Notes: a model not told the origin generated them from the letters alone. 64,000 nt of DNA from Tubiluchus corallicola (GCA_030141605.1 JAQGDQ010000264.1:251069-315068); one strand, 5' to 3'; positions 29,536-43,409 are shown, counted from the first letter of the stretch. Numbers and translations: made by a program.

Positions 29536-31348
29536 AGGCAATTACAATTAACTCCCATCACTTATCTTTTATTTATTTTATCTATTTTATATCTAATTTA
29601 TTAGAACAATTTTATTATAATTATAAGGCATTATAATGTCCAGTTTGCTATCATTATAAACATTTCAGAAGTTGTTAGTCAATGATCATCAGATCATTGA
29701 AAATCGTATTGTGTTTGTTTGTTAAAATTATACTGGCCTGACTTTGGGAAAACATCGTACAAGACGGTGTTTAGGAACAACGAGCTTCATGGTAACCTTA
29801 AGCGATTACAAAGTTTATTATAAGCTTATATATTATCAGGGACAAATGAAAATCATCGTACTACTGAGAGTTTAATTATAAGGTAAATCATACTACCGGG
29901 ATTTGACTATAATATGACAGCTACAAAATTAGCTTTTAAATGAGTATCAAAAAATGCAGCCTCAAATTACTTACACCGGTTACATGGCTCAATTACAGTG
30001 AAACTAAATGTAATAATGATGTGTAAATGTATAATGCGAGTCTGATACGTGCATACCCACATTCAATAAAAAACAATTTAAAATGACACTAGTCTAGCAA
30101 GAATTCAACAAAAGTGAAAACTACAAGTGTAGATCACAGAAATCCATCGGCTTCATCGGAAGTGTGACTCAACAGAGTCATAAATATTACACGTAACTGT
30201 CGACTTACGTCTAGTCAGTTCTGGCTGACTGGTCGTAACACGACTTGGACGCATGTCAGACCTGTATTTTCAAGTGGTGTATGCTTACACGTAAGATGTT
30301 CTGTGTGCATTCGCACTACGACGACGCCTACAGATGAATTTATTGAAACAGATAGCGATTTAAAATTAATTTGCATAAAAAAAAGGAGGGAATATGAGTT
30401 ATAATTAGCTTTGTACAATTAATTAATTAAGTTGTGGTCGGTCGTAAAGTCGAACAGTCGTAAGATGCATAGGCTATGAGTTGAGAATCACCTGTATATT
30501 TAAAGTGTTTTAGGTCAAATGTTCTTAGTCAATGAGCCTCAACAATTGCTTTAACCTAAAGCCAATTGGTCCCTCAACAAGATTCATCATTTCTAAGCTA
30601 ATTTCTACCACATCAATAATCTCTTCATCAAACGTATGCTTGAAATGTCTACAGGGGAGTTTAGACCAGCGTTGGAACATCTACGTTTTTATCTAGTTAA
30701 ATAAATAAAAGCAACAGTGAATAAATTATTAAAAAAACTCTGTTAACTCCTTTATTTTACAATGTAATTAGCTCCGCATTTAAAATTCTGACCAAAAATG
30801 TGTTTACTGTATTTTAGCCCAATTTTATGGCATCTCATGTTTTCTCCAAAACAATTTCGTAAAGGCAAGGCAATGTTTTCTTGCAAAAATATTTGTTCCA
30901 ATGTTGAACTGGAATTAAAAAGTTTATAATAAAACAGTTGAAACTTTTTACATTTATTTGCTACTCACTCTTATTAAATATTTACAATACAATGTCTAAG
31001 TGGTTACATGACAACACTAACACTATTTTATTTGCTCAGTTTATCTTATGCTTTTTTGCAAAAAGGTTTCTGACTAAACCAAAATCCCAAGCCATTCGAC
31101 ATGGAAAATACCGGTACATATTAAGATAATCTGAAAATTCAGACAATCCCGGAAAAAAAAAAGATATTTGGCAAGTCCAACAAGTTGAGAAATTACTAAT
31201 GACTTATTATTACAGAGAAACCACTAGGCCAAGTCAGTGTGATTTGGCCTAAAAAACAAAAAGTGACTGAGTTTCATAATGTATAACTGCCTGGAAATAT
31301 TATAGTCTGAAGTCTACTACTATGTAAAAACCGTAAAAAATAATTTAC

Positions 31349-31441
31349 CTGCAAATCCAGTGTTCTTGTACACTGTTCATGGGTATCATCCACAAAGCTG
31401 TCCAACCAAGTGTCCAGTGTGGCAGCAATGCTCTCTAAAAG
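31349..31441 (-). CDS. GCLM: GCLM probable exon 2
   Basis: LLESIAATLDTWLDSFVDDTHEQCTRTLDLQ (cf. human LHDCIQKTLNEW); gattag / gtaaat; phase 0-0 fits the next exon. Confidence 0.65.
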
Positions 31442-31793
31442 CTAATCAAATTACTTGTTAACTATTAAGCCAGTTTTAAATTTGTCTACCATTCGACATG
31501 GAAAATCGACACAGGTCTATCAATGCTGTTTCACATTAGATGACTAATGTTAGATAGCATAAACAGACCTCAGCTTAACCTTGCAAAGAGCCCTTATATA
31601 AGCCAAATAAATAAGTATGGATAAAATTTTCACTTCACACTTACAGAAAAAATTACAAGTGACTTCAGCTTCTTACTAACTTACTTTTTGGGATTTTTGC
31701 TTAACTATAAGTGAATATATTGGGCAACCGCACTTTCAACCAACAGCAATACATCTAATAAATGTTAATACTTCGTTAGTTACGTATTACTCA

Positions 31794-32236
31794 CAACACT
31801 TATACTGGTAACAATTACAATAATTGTACATAAACACACAACACTTATACTGGTAATCATTACAATAATTGTACATAAACACACAACACTTATACTGGTA
31901 ATCATTACAATAATTGTACATAAACACACAACACTTATACTGGTAATCATTACAATAATTGTACATAAACACACAACACTTATACTGGTAACAATTACAA
32001 TAATTGTACATAAACACACAACACTTATACTGGTAATCATTACAATAATTGTACATAAACACACAACACTTATACTGGTAATCATTACAATAATTGTACA
32101 TAAACACACAACACTTATACTGGTAATCATTACAATAATTGTACATAAACAGACAACACTTATACTGGTAATCATTACAATAATTGTACATAAACACAAA
32201 GCACTTGTACTGGTAATCATTACAATAATTGTACAA
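31794..32236. repeat. 45-bp minisatellite, about 10 units
   Basis: caacacttatactggtaatcattacaataattgtacataaacaca repeated. Confidence 0.95.
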
Positions 32237-32634
32237 ACTCGCAAAATAGAATCTTGCAAGAATCATAATCATTTGGAGGACTGTGATCAGGCTATTCCGA
32301 TTGATGGTCATACCCATTTTGAGAGGCAACAGTTTCTAGTACTTTTTACCCTAGTTAATGACTTGTTATACATTCTTTGCACAATAATAGATTTCAAACT
32401 ATGTGGAGCTTGTGTCACCATCTGTTGAAATTATTGTTGAACTAACAGAAGCTTCTGCACCGTTAAGGTCACGATGCATTTATTTGTAATAACAATGATA
32501 TTTCACACGTAACTATCATGTTTTGAATGAACTTTTATACACATATTGAAGTGCAAGAAAATATAATGAAATTTCGCATAGGACTTTTTCTTTTAAGTTT
32601 TAAAAGTGAAACAATAGAGGCATGTTTATCCTCA

Positions 32635-33996
32635 GTCAGCTCATGCATTAGTGTTTCATGACTGCTAGACAGTTCATGCATTAGTGTTTCACGACTGCTA
32701 GAAAGCTCATGCATTGGTGTTTCATGACTGCTAGAAAGCTCATGCATCAGTGTTTCACGACTGCTAGACAGGTCATGCATTAGTGTTTCACGACTGCTAG
32801 ACAGCTCATGCATTAGTGTTTCACGACTGCTAGACAGCTCATGCATTAGTGTTTCACGACTGCTAGACAGCTCATGCATTAGTGTTTCACGACTGCTAGA
32901 CAGCTCATGCATTAGTGTTTCACGACTGTTAGAAAGCTCATGCATTAGCGTTTCACGACTGTTAGAAAGCTCATGCATTAGTGTTTCACGACTCCTAGAC
33001 AGCTCATGCATTAGTGTTTCACGACTGCTAGACAGCTCATGCATTAGTGTTTCACGACTGCTAGACAGGTCATGCATTAGTGTTTCACGACTGCTAGACA
33101 GCTCATGCATTAGTGTTTCACGACTCCTAGACAGCTCATGCATTAGTGTTTCACGACTGCTAGACAGCTCATGCATTAGTGTTTCACGACTGCTAGACAG
33201 GTCATGCATTAGTGTTTCACGACTGCTAGACAGCTCATGCATTAGTGTTTCACGACTGCTAGACAGCTCATGCATTAGTGTTTCACGACTGCTAGACAGC
33301 TCATGCATTAGTGTTTCACGACTGCTAGACAGCTCATGCATTGGTGTTTCACGACTGCTAGTCAGCTCATGCATTAGTGTTTCACGACTGCTAGACAGCT
33401 CATGCATTAGTGTTTCACGACTGCTAGCCAGCTCATGCATTGGTGTTTCACGACTGCTAGTCAGCTCATGCATTAGTGTTTCGCTCATGCATTGGTCTTT
33501 CACGACTGCTAGACAGCTCATGCATTAGTGTTTCACGACTGCTAGACAGCTCATGCATTAGAGTTTCACGACTGCTAGTCAGCTCATGCATTAGTGTTTC
33601 ACGAATGCTAGACAGCTCATGCATTAGTGTTTCACGACTGCTAGTCAGCTCATGCATTAGTGTTTCGCTCATGCATTGGTGTTTCACGACTGCTAGCCAG
33701 CTCATGCATTGGTGTTTCACGACTGCTAGCCAGCTCATGCATTAGTGTTTCCCGACTGCTAGACAGCTCATGCATTAGTGTTTCATGACTGCTAGAAAGC
33801 TCATGCATTAGTGTTTCACGACTGCTAGACAGCTCATGCATTAGTGTTTCATGACTGCTAGACAGCTCGACAATTAGTGTTTCACGACTGCTAGTCAGCT
33901 CATGCATTAGTGCTTCACGACTGCTAGACAGCTCATGCATTAGTGTTTCACGACTGCTAGACAGCTCACGCATTAGTGTTTCACGACTGCCAGACA
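32635..33996. repeat. 33-bp minisatellite, about 41 units
   Basis: cagctcatgcattagtgtttcacgactgctaga repeated. Confidence 0.95.
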
Positions 33997-34342
33997 GGAA
34001 GTTTCATGCAGTGAATGTTGTCAGTTTCGAACTGAACTTGCATGCTTAAACTCTCTTAAACATTGACATCTACTGAGTGCAGTAAAGGTGGCACCACTAA
34101 CCACTAGCTTGTACTATTGACAAAAACTTTCTTAAAATGAAATGCAAATAAATATGTTGATTTTTTCAAGAGAAATTTCGCTACCCGTCGTACATTATTA
34201 CAAGCAATTGTTCGTTACTGTCAGAAAGAAATCATTGGAATGACAGAGGAAAGTCTCAATGGACACCTCGGGCCTTGAACCAGGGACTTCTGTTAACCGC
34301 CATGTTTAAAAACACTTCTAGAAGGGCAATGCTGAAACTTAC

Positions 34343-34465
34343 GCTTCTTGGGACTCCAGAAAATCGACGATTATACGAATTCACGTCGTTTATTATCCTG
34401 TTTTGGTGTTCCTGCTCTTCCGCAGTCAAATCAGCCTCGCTAAAGTAAGGTAGTAAAACCGTCAC
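34343..34465 (-). CDS. RNF170: RNF170 exon 4
   Basis: VTVLLPYFSEADLTAEEQEHQNRIINDVNSYNRRFSGVPRS (cf. human DINDYNRRFSGQPRS); tttcag / gtaagt. Confidence 0.93.
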
Positions 34466-35515
34466 CTGAAATAATTCAATGTACATTTATCAGTAGGTAT
34501 TTAATGCACGAAAGAATAATCTTTTCATTTCTGTCACAAAATAATGCCATCTCTGCCCACTGAAATTCCCACTATCCACTATTTTACTCGTAGAGCTGTT
34601 GGTAAGTTTTATCCTCCTGTCATTCACACTAGTTACGGTTACCAAAATTCTTCACATACTGCTAGCCAACAATAAGCATAGAATACACACTAGTTTCACA
34701 CTAGATACACGAAATTCTTCATATACTGCTATCCAACAATAAGCTCAAATTCCTCCTTGCACAAAAGAATTTCGATTACAATGTTTTAAAAAGTAAATAT
34801 TTGATTTTCTTATTAACTTGTTACCTAACCTGCTAATTGGCATTTTTAAGTACCTCCAATCTCTTGCGTCTGTATTATTTTTATTAATTAATTTTATAAT
34901 TGAATATTTATTATTTTTATTTATTTTATTTATTATTATTATCACATTCAGTACAATATAATGACATAAGCACACAGTGACATCAAAATTATTACATCTA
35001 CTGTATTAAAGTCTTATGTTTCATACACTATCGTTATCATAAAAGAATAATTGTACTGCAGTGGGCTAGAGAAGCAAAGGCTTGTATAAGCCCAGCTGTC
35101 ATGTGAACCTGATAAAAAAAGAATGGATGAGTGAACAAAAAAAAATTAAAAAAAATATTGTTTGAGATAACTTGTATGTATTTCTCTGTCTGCACCATGC
35201 ATGTGTTTGCGCCGTCTAGTGGTGAGTGTTGAAAGCTCACGCTCCTACTCACCTCAAGGCTGATTTGTAAAATTTTGAATCTGTACCTGTTTTTATTATA
35301 GCATTGTTATTATCATCATGTACATAGTTGTAATGTTTTGTGAAGTGAATCAGTCAAGTAAAAAAACTATTGAATTGAATTGAAGGTTTCCAAGCCAAAC
35401 TGAATAAAATGTTCTGCAAATAAATTATATGCAACTTCAAAGCAGGTGTTTTCAACATGGATGGCATGAAAAGTAATAAAATAAGAGCACCAAATTTACT
35501 TTTAAATATATAAAC

Positions 35516-36203
<688 letters not shown>

Positions 36204-36232
36204 TTATTAGTAAAAATTAAAAAAATGCTCAC

Positions 36233-36306
36233 CTGTTGTCTGCACACAGGACAGTTAACTGCTCCAAGCCACGTGCCATGTTCCCAGTATGTAATAACAC
36301 AGTCAC
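36233..36306 (-). CDS. RNF170: RNF170 exon 3 (end of the RING)
   Basis: GDCVITYWEHGTWLGAVNCPVCRQQ (cf. human [22 protein letters not shown]); ttaaag / gtgagc. Confidence 0.93.
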
Positions 36307-36946
36307 CTTTAAATGGCAAATTGTAATAAGTCACCTTTAAATGGCAGATTGTAATAACACAATAACTTTTAAACAGCAAATTGCAATATATTTCTTTTCA
36401 AATGAAAGGTCCACATAGCAACATTAGCTAGATTAGATAGGCACAAAAAATAACAAAACTATTGAACATTAATTTTCAGTTGACAGACTCAGCAAGTGGC
36501 GCAATGAATTCTGTTACAAACAATCGGGCTTTGAATAAACTTAGTAAATGCTCTAACTTTGCAGTGTAATATTTGAAATTGCGAGACAGATAGGTGGACC
36601 ACTAGGCACGTTTACGAGTTAGATGGGCACTAGTGACTGCATCTCTTAAAAACATTGCATAAAAAACAGGTGGTGTAGCGGTACCTCTCAGTTCAGAAGT
36701 GTTCAGTTGTGACGCAATGCCTGTAAACTAGAAATTTTAATTTTTAAACTTTTCCGAGTTTAGTCTATTACACTGTATGTTGTACAGAAGCACTTTAGTT
36801 CAATTTTCGCTTTTGTGCCACTGAAAAATATGTTCAGTATGATGTCTTCACTATCTGGCTCCCTGCGGTTAATTAAGTTTTAAACCTGTTATTTATTTAC
36901 CAGAAACAGTTTGGCATTACCATAGGTGTTAAAATGTATACTTTTG

Positions 36947-37217
36947 ACCAGACGGTTTAGCCTTGTCATAACGCGCTTGCTTTCCGTCTGGGAGGTCGTG
37001 AGTTTGAACCAGCGGCCGGGTCATACCAGACACTTTAAAAATGGTACCTGCTTTGTCCTGCCTGACGCGTGGTATTTAGGGTAAAAGTGGGGTAATAATA
37101 GTCTCTGTTATGTAGTTGTAGGTTGTTATTTACAGTCGGCAATAATAGCTCTTTGAGCTAATGTTAATTGTTGACCCAAAAGCCGACTTTAAATAAAGAT
37201 TATTATTATTATTATTA
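36947..37217 (+). mobile_element. tRNA-derived SINE
   Basis: Degenerate tRNA head (ggtttagc...gtgagtttgaacc), body gtcataccagacactttaaaaatggtacc, (TTA)n tail. Confidence 0.7.
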
Positions 37218-37878
37218 CCAAACTTCAAAATGGAGTAGGGTAACAAAAATCACCCTATTTTAGAATTTTCTACAAATTTTCCTTTAATTATTTTATTTTA
37301 TTTTAACATGTAACAGAGCACCATAGACATAGGCACAGACATAGACATAGAACATTTATTTTCTCCAATTAGTTTAACATCAAAAGTTTTTTAAATATCA
37401 AGTAATTATAATCATGTAGCAGGGCAGGGAAGGACCATAGGGTCATCTAGTCTCCTGCCCTTTCTTATAAATAGATTAGTATATTAAAAATTAACGGTGA
37501 TGCTGCAGATAACAAAAACAAAAACAAATAAGAAAAATATACAAATAAAAACAGTATAAATGATACAAATTATCCAAAAAGAACTGAAAACAAAAAAAAA
37601 TAATAATAAAGTTGGATACCAAAATTTATACAAAACAATACAATTATTCAGTAATTAGGATTATCATATGTAGTAGTTTCAAATGGGGTCTTTTTAACAG
37701 GGGGATTTGACCAAGGTTAGTGAGTAAAGTTAAAAAATTGAGAGTATGGAAAGATAAAATAAGTATCAAAAAAGTGTGATATAGAAAAATTTATGAGAAA
37801 GAGCAACAATTACTTAGGAGATGAGGAGAAAAAAGAAAAAAACTTGCTAGCTTAGATTATGAGACACCAAATCCCTAC

Positions 37879-38087
37879 CACAAAACATATGTCCGCAGTT
37901 GGTCTCAACGGCAAACCTTGCTTGTACCAGACATATAGGACATTGCGTGTCTGTATGGTATCTCCTGAATGCCACGCCCTCACCATTCGGTTCCCCAGCG
38001 CCCTCTGCACGCTGAGCAAGATGCTGTCTTGTTGCAAACACATTTTGTTGACTGTCTGGATGGATTGTCTGCTGGCGACGGCGACGG
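37879..38087 (-). CDS. RNF170: RNF170 exon 2 (start of the C3HC4 RING)
   Basis: RRRRQQTIHPDSQQNV...YHTDTQCPICLVQARFAVETNCGHMFCG; ttgcag / gtaggg. Confidence 0.93.
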
Positions 38088-38143
38088 CTGCAAAAACAAA
38101 AATCGCAATAATTCTATTTTTCAAAACTTTCCTTATGTTACAG

Positions 38144-38625
38144 CAGGGGTGTGCAAATTATCTGACCCTCCGGGCCACATTAAACTTTGCTATAATTCCT
38201 GTGGGCCACAGGCAGTTTGATCAAGGAGCCAAGTACAGAAAGGCCTAATAACGATTTTTTTGCATCCGACCTGCGTACATTATTACTACTACACTCAAGA
38301 AACTATTTTAGAATTTATTAAAATTTATATTACAAACCATATATTTCTACTTTCAGGACAGATAGTGGTAATTTCATTACAATGCATATTAGTAATGTGT
38401 ATCACACAGTCTGTGTAGTACAGTGACATTAAGCTACAACCATCTTGTAAGGGTTAATGGCATCCGATCTAGTAGAAAAAACTACCCGCACTATCTTTGG
38501 GATCGTGGCACGGACTTCAGCTGGATACACTCAATTAATCATCCGGGCCGCACTTTCATTAGGTTGACAAATCTCTTCGGGGGCCGCACAAATTCTCTCG
38601 GCGGGCCGCAATTTGCACACCCCTG
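38144..38625 (+). mobile_element. hAT-type MITE family A, copy 1
   Basis: TIR caggggtgtgcaaatt; 8-bp TSD tgttacag/tgttacac. Confidence 0.9.
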
Positions 38626-39590
38626 TGTTACACTTTAAAATACATATATTTCAAATTACAAAAATAAATTAAACAATCAGACTAATAACATTTTCAATTT
38701 TTTTCTACTTTTCTCCTTTGTTATAAACATTTTATTCAAGTGTCTAAAACTTATTACGTTCACTAAAATCTTAAGACGCTCTTAGTAGCTAATTAGAACA
38801 CAGTTTTACTACCTTACTATTTAATTCAATTATAATTTATTTATCTCTTTATAATACTACAATAAAACATGATTAAGAAAAGAATTGCTAATAAGTTTTG
38901 AAGAATGGTTAAAATGAATAGATAGATCTAGAACTAGAGAAAGGATAGCAAAAAGACTATAAAGTCACCTAGTCTGCTATCCTTTACCGAATATAGATAA
39001 AATGATTTTTAGACACTGGTGGGCATTAATGTTATCAGTTTAATTTAGGAATCATTAATAATTTTAAAATTATGACATTTGCTATATAATCAAGTAATCC
39101 AGAATAAAGAAAATACATGTACTTTAATTAGCGGGCAACAAAATAAGGCCAATCTTGATTAAACTAAAAATAGCATTTAGATTTTATGTGAAATACAGGT
39201 CAAAATTGTTATGAAATGATAAAAACACTTTGGGCTAATAATGCAATTGATCAACAACAGGAGTTAAATACATTTTGATTAGGAGTTCAACTTCATTATT
39301 TCTAGGCTTATTGATTAAGAACAAATCTATTGACTTGGACAATAATACTAGTAATACTTTGTAGCAGATCATTTGGTTCTAAGTCAGAAGAATGTGTTGA
39401 ACTGTTGACTAATAAATTAATACTATATAGTAATACAATTCTCAATATACTGATAAGACAAACTTCTGATTCAGCCTCTGCTTTTCTTCATAATTTAAAT
39501 TTTCGTGATGTACACTGTAGTTTAACAATGTAACAAAGAATTATGTACATGTTATCTACATCACGTTTCTGGAAAAAAGTCATAATATAC

Positions 39591-39715
39591 CTGAAATATC
39601 CTATTACCATGATACAAATAAAGCCTAGCAGTAAACTGAATCCCCATATAACTTCATTGCCGATGCCTTCCACAAGAGTTTCTTTGTCTTCTATTGGATC
39701 GTAGCTGTTAAACAT
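39591..39715 (-). CDS. RNF170: RNF170 E3 ubiquitin ligase, first coding exon (N-terminal TM segment)
   Basis: MFNSYDPIEDKETLVEGIGNEVIWGFSLLLGFICIMVIGYF (cf. human SVIEGVSDQV plus TM); ATG at 39715 (the ORF track start at 39721 is a GTG); donor gtatat. Confidence 0.85.
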
Positions 39716-40611
39716 AGCCACAAAAATAATTTTTGGGGATTAATAAGTATTATTTGGTAGCTTTGCAAATTTGCAAAACGACAAAAACATGTTACATTTG
39801 TTTATGTTCATTGAGTGCCACCTATCACCAATTTATACAACTACTAACAATTCAGTTTGATTTAATGCTGTTTATTGTACATACGCTGTACAAAATTCGG
39901 TTAAAAAATTCTTAAACTGGCCGTGGTTGGTAATTTTTTTAGCACAAGCAGTGTAAAAAAGTGAAACAAAAAGTGCAGAAAAATCTTTTACATGGTTCTG
40001 GCACTTGTTAAATCCTACACCTTATAATAATGACATGAACTTAATTGATGGTAGCATCACATTTTATAATTCATCATTTTTACACATTTTTATCATGCTT
40101 TTTATATTCCTGCTACAGTTACTGTTTTCCACTAGTATTAATCTTGTTTTCCATGTTCCAAGATTAATCCTGTTTTCTCGGTTCAAATGTATACTTAAGT
40201 TATTAAACTCTTTTGCACATGAGTATGAAGTTAGCACATGTGCAGATCCTAACGCGTTTTTAGTAAACCTGCACATAATGAAGAATTAGACTCTACATCC
40301 ACAGCCATATAGCCTGTTTCGAAGCTCTTCTAAGCTCTTTAATGGACAAAAATACGGGCTTAGTACAACAATTTTTTAAAAATAATAAAAAAACCAAATT
40401 AGCGAGTTTATTTCAAGGTAATCAAGGATAATAGCCACTGAGTTTTAGAATAATATCAAATATTAGCTTAACCATTAAATCAATTCGCATTAATACATTA
40501 CATACGCTGTTGGATGGTACCTATCATATAATGTTCATGTGTTACTCCATCAGTATAACGCTATTGAACAGCTAAAATTTAAGTAACAACCTTGGCCAAA
40601 ATGGCCTTACA

Positions 40612-41113
40612 CAGGGGTGTGCAAATTATCTGACTAGCCGAGCCACATTAAACTTTCCCGCAAATCCTGCGGGCCACATGCAGTTTGATCAAGGAGCCAA
40701 GTACAGAAAGGCCTAATAACGATTTTTTTTGCATCCGACCTGCGTACATCATTACTACTGCACTCAAGAAACTATTTTAGAAGTTATTAAAATTTATATT
40801 GCAAACCATATATTTCTACTTTCAGGACAGATAGTAGTAATTTCATTACAATGCATATTAGTAATGTGTATCACACAGTCTGTGTAGTACAGTGACATTA
40901 AGCTACAACCGTCTTGTAAGGGTCAATGGCATCCGATCTAGTAGAAAAAACTACCCGCACTATCTTTGGGATCGTGGCACGGACTTCAGCTGGATGCACT
41001 TCAATTAATCGCCCGGGCTGCACTTTCATTAAGTTGACAAATCTCTTCGCGGGCCGCACAAATTCTCTCGGCAGGCCACAAGTGGCCCGCGGACCACAAT
41101 TTGCACACCCCTG
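40612..41113 (+). mobile_element. hAT-type MITE family A, copy 2
   Basis: Same TIR and interior as copy 1; imperfect TSD ccttaca/ccttaaac. Confidence 0.9.
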
Positions 41114-41894
41114 CCTTAAACCATTAATAAGTAAACATTGATTCATTAGGTAAACGTGGATGGCAGATAGCAAATAGGCTACTGTACAATTTGTTAAATA
41201 TTGTCATTGTTAAGAAACGAGTTTGAACTAATTACTCATATCAAGTATACTCTATATGTAGTTGAAAAAATCGTAAAGCAATATGAAATTGTACAATAAT
41301 AATTTATTATAACACAACAGAAAAATTATCACAGCAAACATGTATGGATGTCAAAGAAATATTGGACGGATTGTTTATGATCTTGTATTCATAGTTTTTC
41401 ATGAAAATGAACATTTCAGACAGAGTAACCAAGTAACTATAAATTTAACAAGAAGTAAACGTTATTATAAGGTTACTATAGTTGCTAAATGACTCTGTGA
41501 TAAATGTAAACACAAAATAACATGCCGTAATCACAAACAATAAAACAACGAGTGGTAAATAATAATAGAAGTCGTTTTCGTTTAGGAGGTTCTACTTCAA
41601 TAAAGCAGTAGCATCACATAAAAAAGAAATTTATGAAAAACAATAGCTAGTAAACAAGGTGTTAGAACATACTGATAAGATAATGGAATGAAGCAACAAT
41701 TATTGCCTCTGCTACGAAGGTTGTACTCTCATTACTGTATGCTTGTTACGTAAAAACATGCAAAATCAGTTTCCATAACATTTTTTGGAGGATGGGGCAA
41801 AGAACAAGGAAGTTTTCAATTTTGGCAATGACCAGTTAAGAACTGGGAAACGAAACAAAATTTTTCATTCACGAAAGACTTGAGGGGAAAATTC

Positions 41895-42083
41895 TGTGTT
41901 GATGTCACAATATGGTGTGTTGATGTCACAATATGCTGTGTTGATGTCACAATATGGTGTGTTGATGTCACAATATGCTGTGTTGATGTCACAATATGGT
42001 GTGTTGATGTCACAATATGCTGTGTTGATGTCACAATATGGTGTGTTGATGTCACAATATGCTGTGTTGATGTCACAATATGG
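41895..42083. repeat. 21-bp minisatellite x9 with 42-bp higher-order period
   Basis: tgtgttgatgtcacaatatg(g/c), with g and c alternating strictly. Confidence 0.95.
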
Positions 42084-42752
42084 AGGGGCAGAAAAATTGT
42101 AAAAACCAAGAATGAACTTCATAAGTTAGGTGACATTAGAAAAACCGACGAGGTATAGTTTAGAAAATCACACCCAACAAACTCTGGTGGAAATCTGAGT
42201 TCTACTGAATGCCTCCTTGTTGAAATATTGAAATCAAATTTGACCGAAAAGCAGGAAATGCGAGAAATCAGGGACTTAGTCTAAATTTGAACCAGGGTTT
42301 GAATCGTAAACCCAACATCAGGAGCACACAGCCCTTTGCAATTATGGCTGATATTAATTTAATCAACTAATGAACACTTTATGTTAAACTACTTACTACT
42401 TAATTACAATATTTCTCGTAAATAATTACAGCCTGGAATAAGGCATAGTTAATTATTCATAAGCTGGATTTCGAGTATAACGGTTTATTGAAGCCAAAAT
42501 AATCCAAAGGTTCCTAGTTCAAATCTTGGCTTGGTCCAAAATTATTCACATATCGTTGCTTTCAGAATGCTGACAGGATCTTTTGCTGTCATCAAAGAGA
42601 CTTTTTTCTTCAATATTACAGTTAGAGTTGCTAACACCACAGACAGACATGTCGACAAATCATAATCAAGAGGTTAGATAGTATTCAAAATATTGCCAAA
42701 AGATGGCAGCAACATCACGGAATGAAACATCACTGACAGTTCTCGTCCGGCT

Positions 42753-42898
42753 CTATATTCGCAGGTTGGCTCGAGCTTTCTCTAGAATTTCTTTGCGTAT
42801 TTTAGGATAGGTTGGATGTGTCTGGAGCACATGACGGCTTACGTCAATAGCGTCCACATAGCGCTTTGCCTTTAAGTAGTTGAAAGCTAATTTGTAAC
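42753..42898 (-). CDS. TTC21B: TTC21B terminal coding exon
   Basis: [48 protein letters not shown]-stop, nearly identical to the TTC21B C-terminus. Confidence 0.97.
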
Positions 42899-42972
42899 CT
42901 GCGAAGGAGAATAGATTGAATGTATTATTAACATTGTTGGCACAGTGCCATATTGTAGCCTGCAAAGGAGAA

Positions 42973-42977
42973 GAGAG

Positions 42978-43054
<77 letters not shown>
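42973..43054. repeat. (AG)n microsatellite
   Basis: Direct observation. Confidence 0.97.
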
Positions 43055-43056
<2 letters not shown>

Positions 43057-43409
43057 ACAAGTTTATACATTTAAAAGTAAATTGTAGCAACATCACCTGA
43101 CTTCCATGACAGCACCAGTTTCAGAAATAAAATTTCCAGTTCGCTTGACAAAACACGAAGAACAATGAATATTTTACTGATAAAGTTTCATATAGTTGTG
43201 TGATCTTACAGATTCGCATGCACAGTTAAGTTCTTAAAACATGCCAAACAAACACAGAACCACGAGGGGATTACTTTGTAATAGATATTTTGACCAATGG
43301 CTAGCTCAGTATCAATACTGTACAAGAAAAAACAATCAATATAACAATGTGTTTTTCTTGAATGTTTAAGATGGATGCTACAATGAGAGCAAACCAAATT
43401 ATTAAAAAG

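Noticed and set aside
30525-30680. 51-aa minus-strand ORF MFQRWSKLPCRHFKHTFDE... as RNF170 exon 5
   Set aside because: Only faint similarity, no polypyrimidine tract, no transmembrane or SPLD/LDD motifs, and it lies inside a GCLM intron.
36233-36306. VTVLLHTGNM in an alternative frame of RNF170 exon 3, resembling the GCLM N-terminal HTGN motif
   Set aside because: It follows automatically from the T-Y-W-E codons; downstream residues do not match GCLM and the phase would not fit the next GCLM exon.
36947-37020. tRNA gene
   Set aside because: Degenerate cloverleaf followed by a SINE body and (TTA)n tail.
39715-42753. Operon or trans-splicing arrangement of the three co-oriented genes
   Set aside because: The spacer of about 3 kb has room for a promoter, and no clear trans-splice acceptor precedes the RNF170 ATG.
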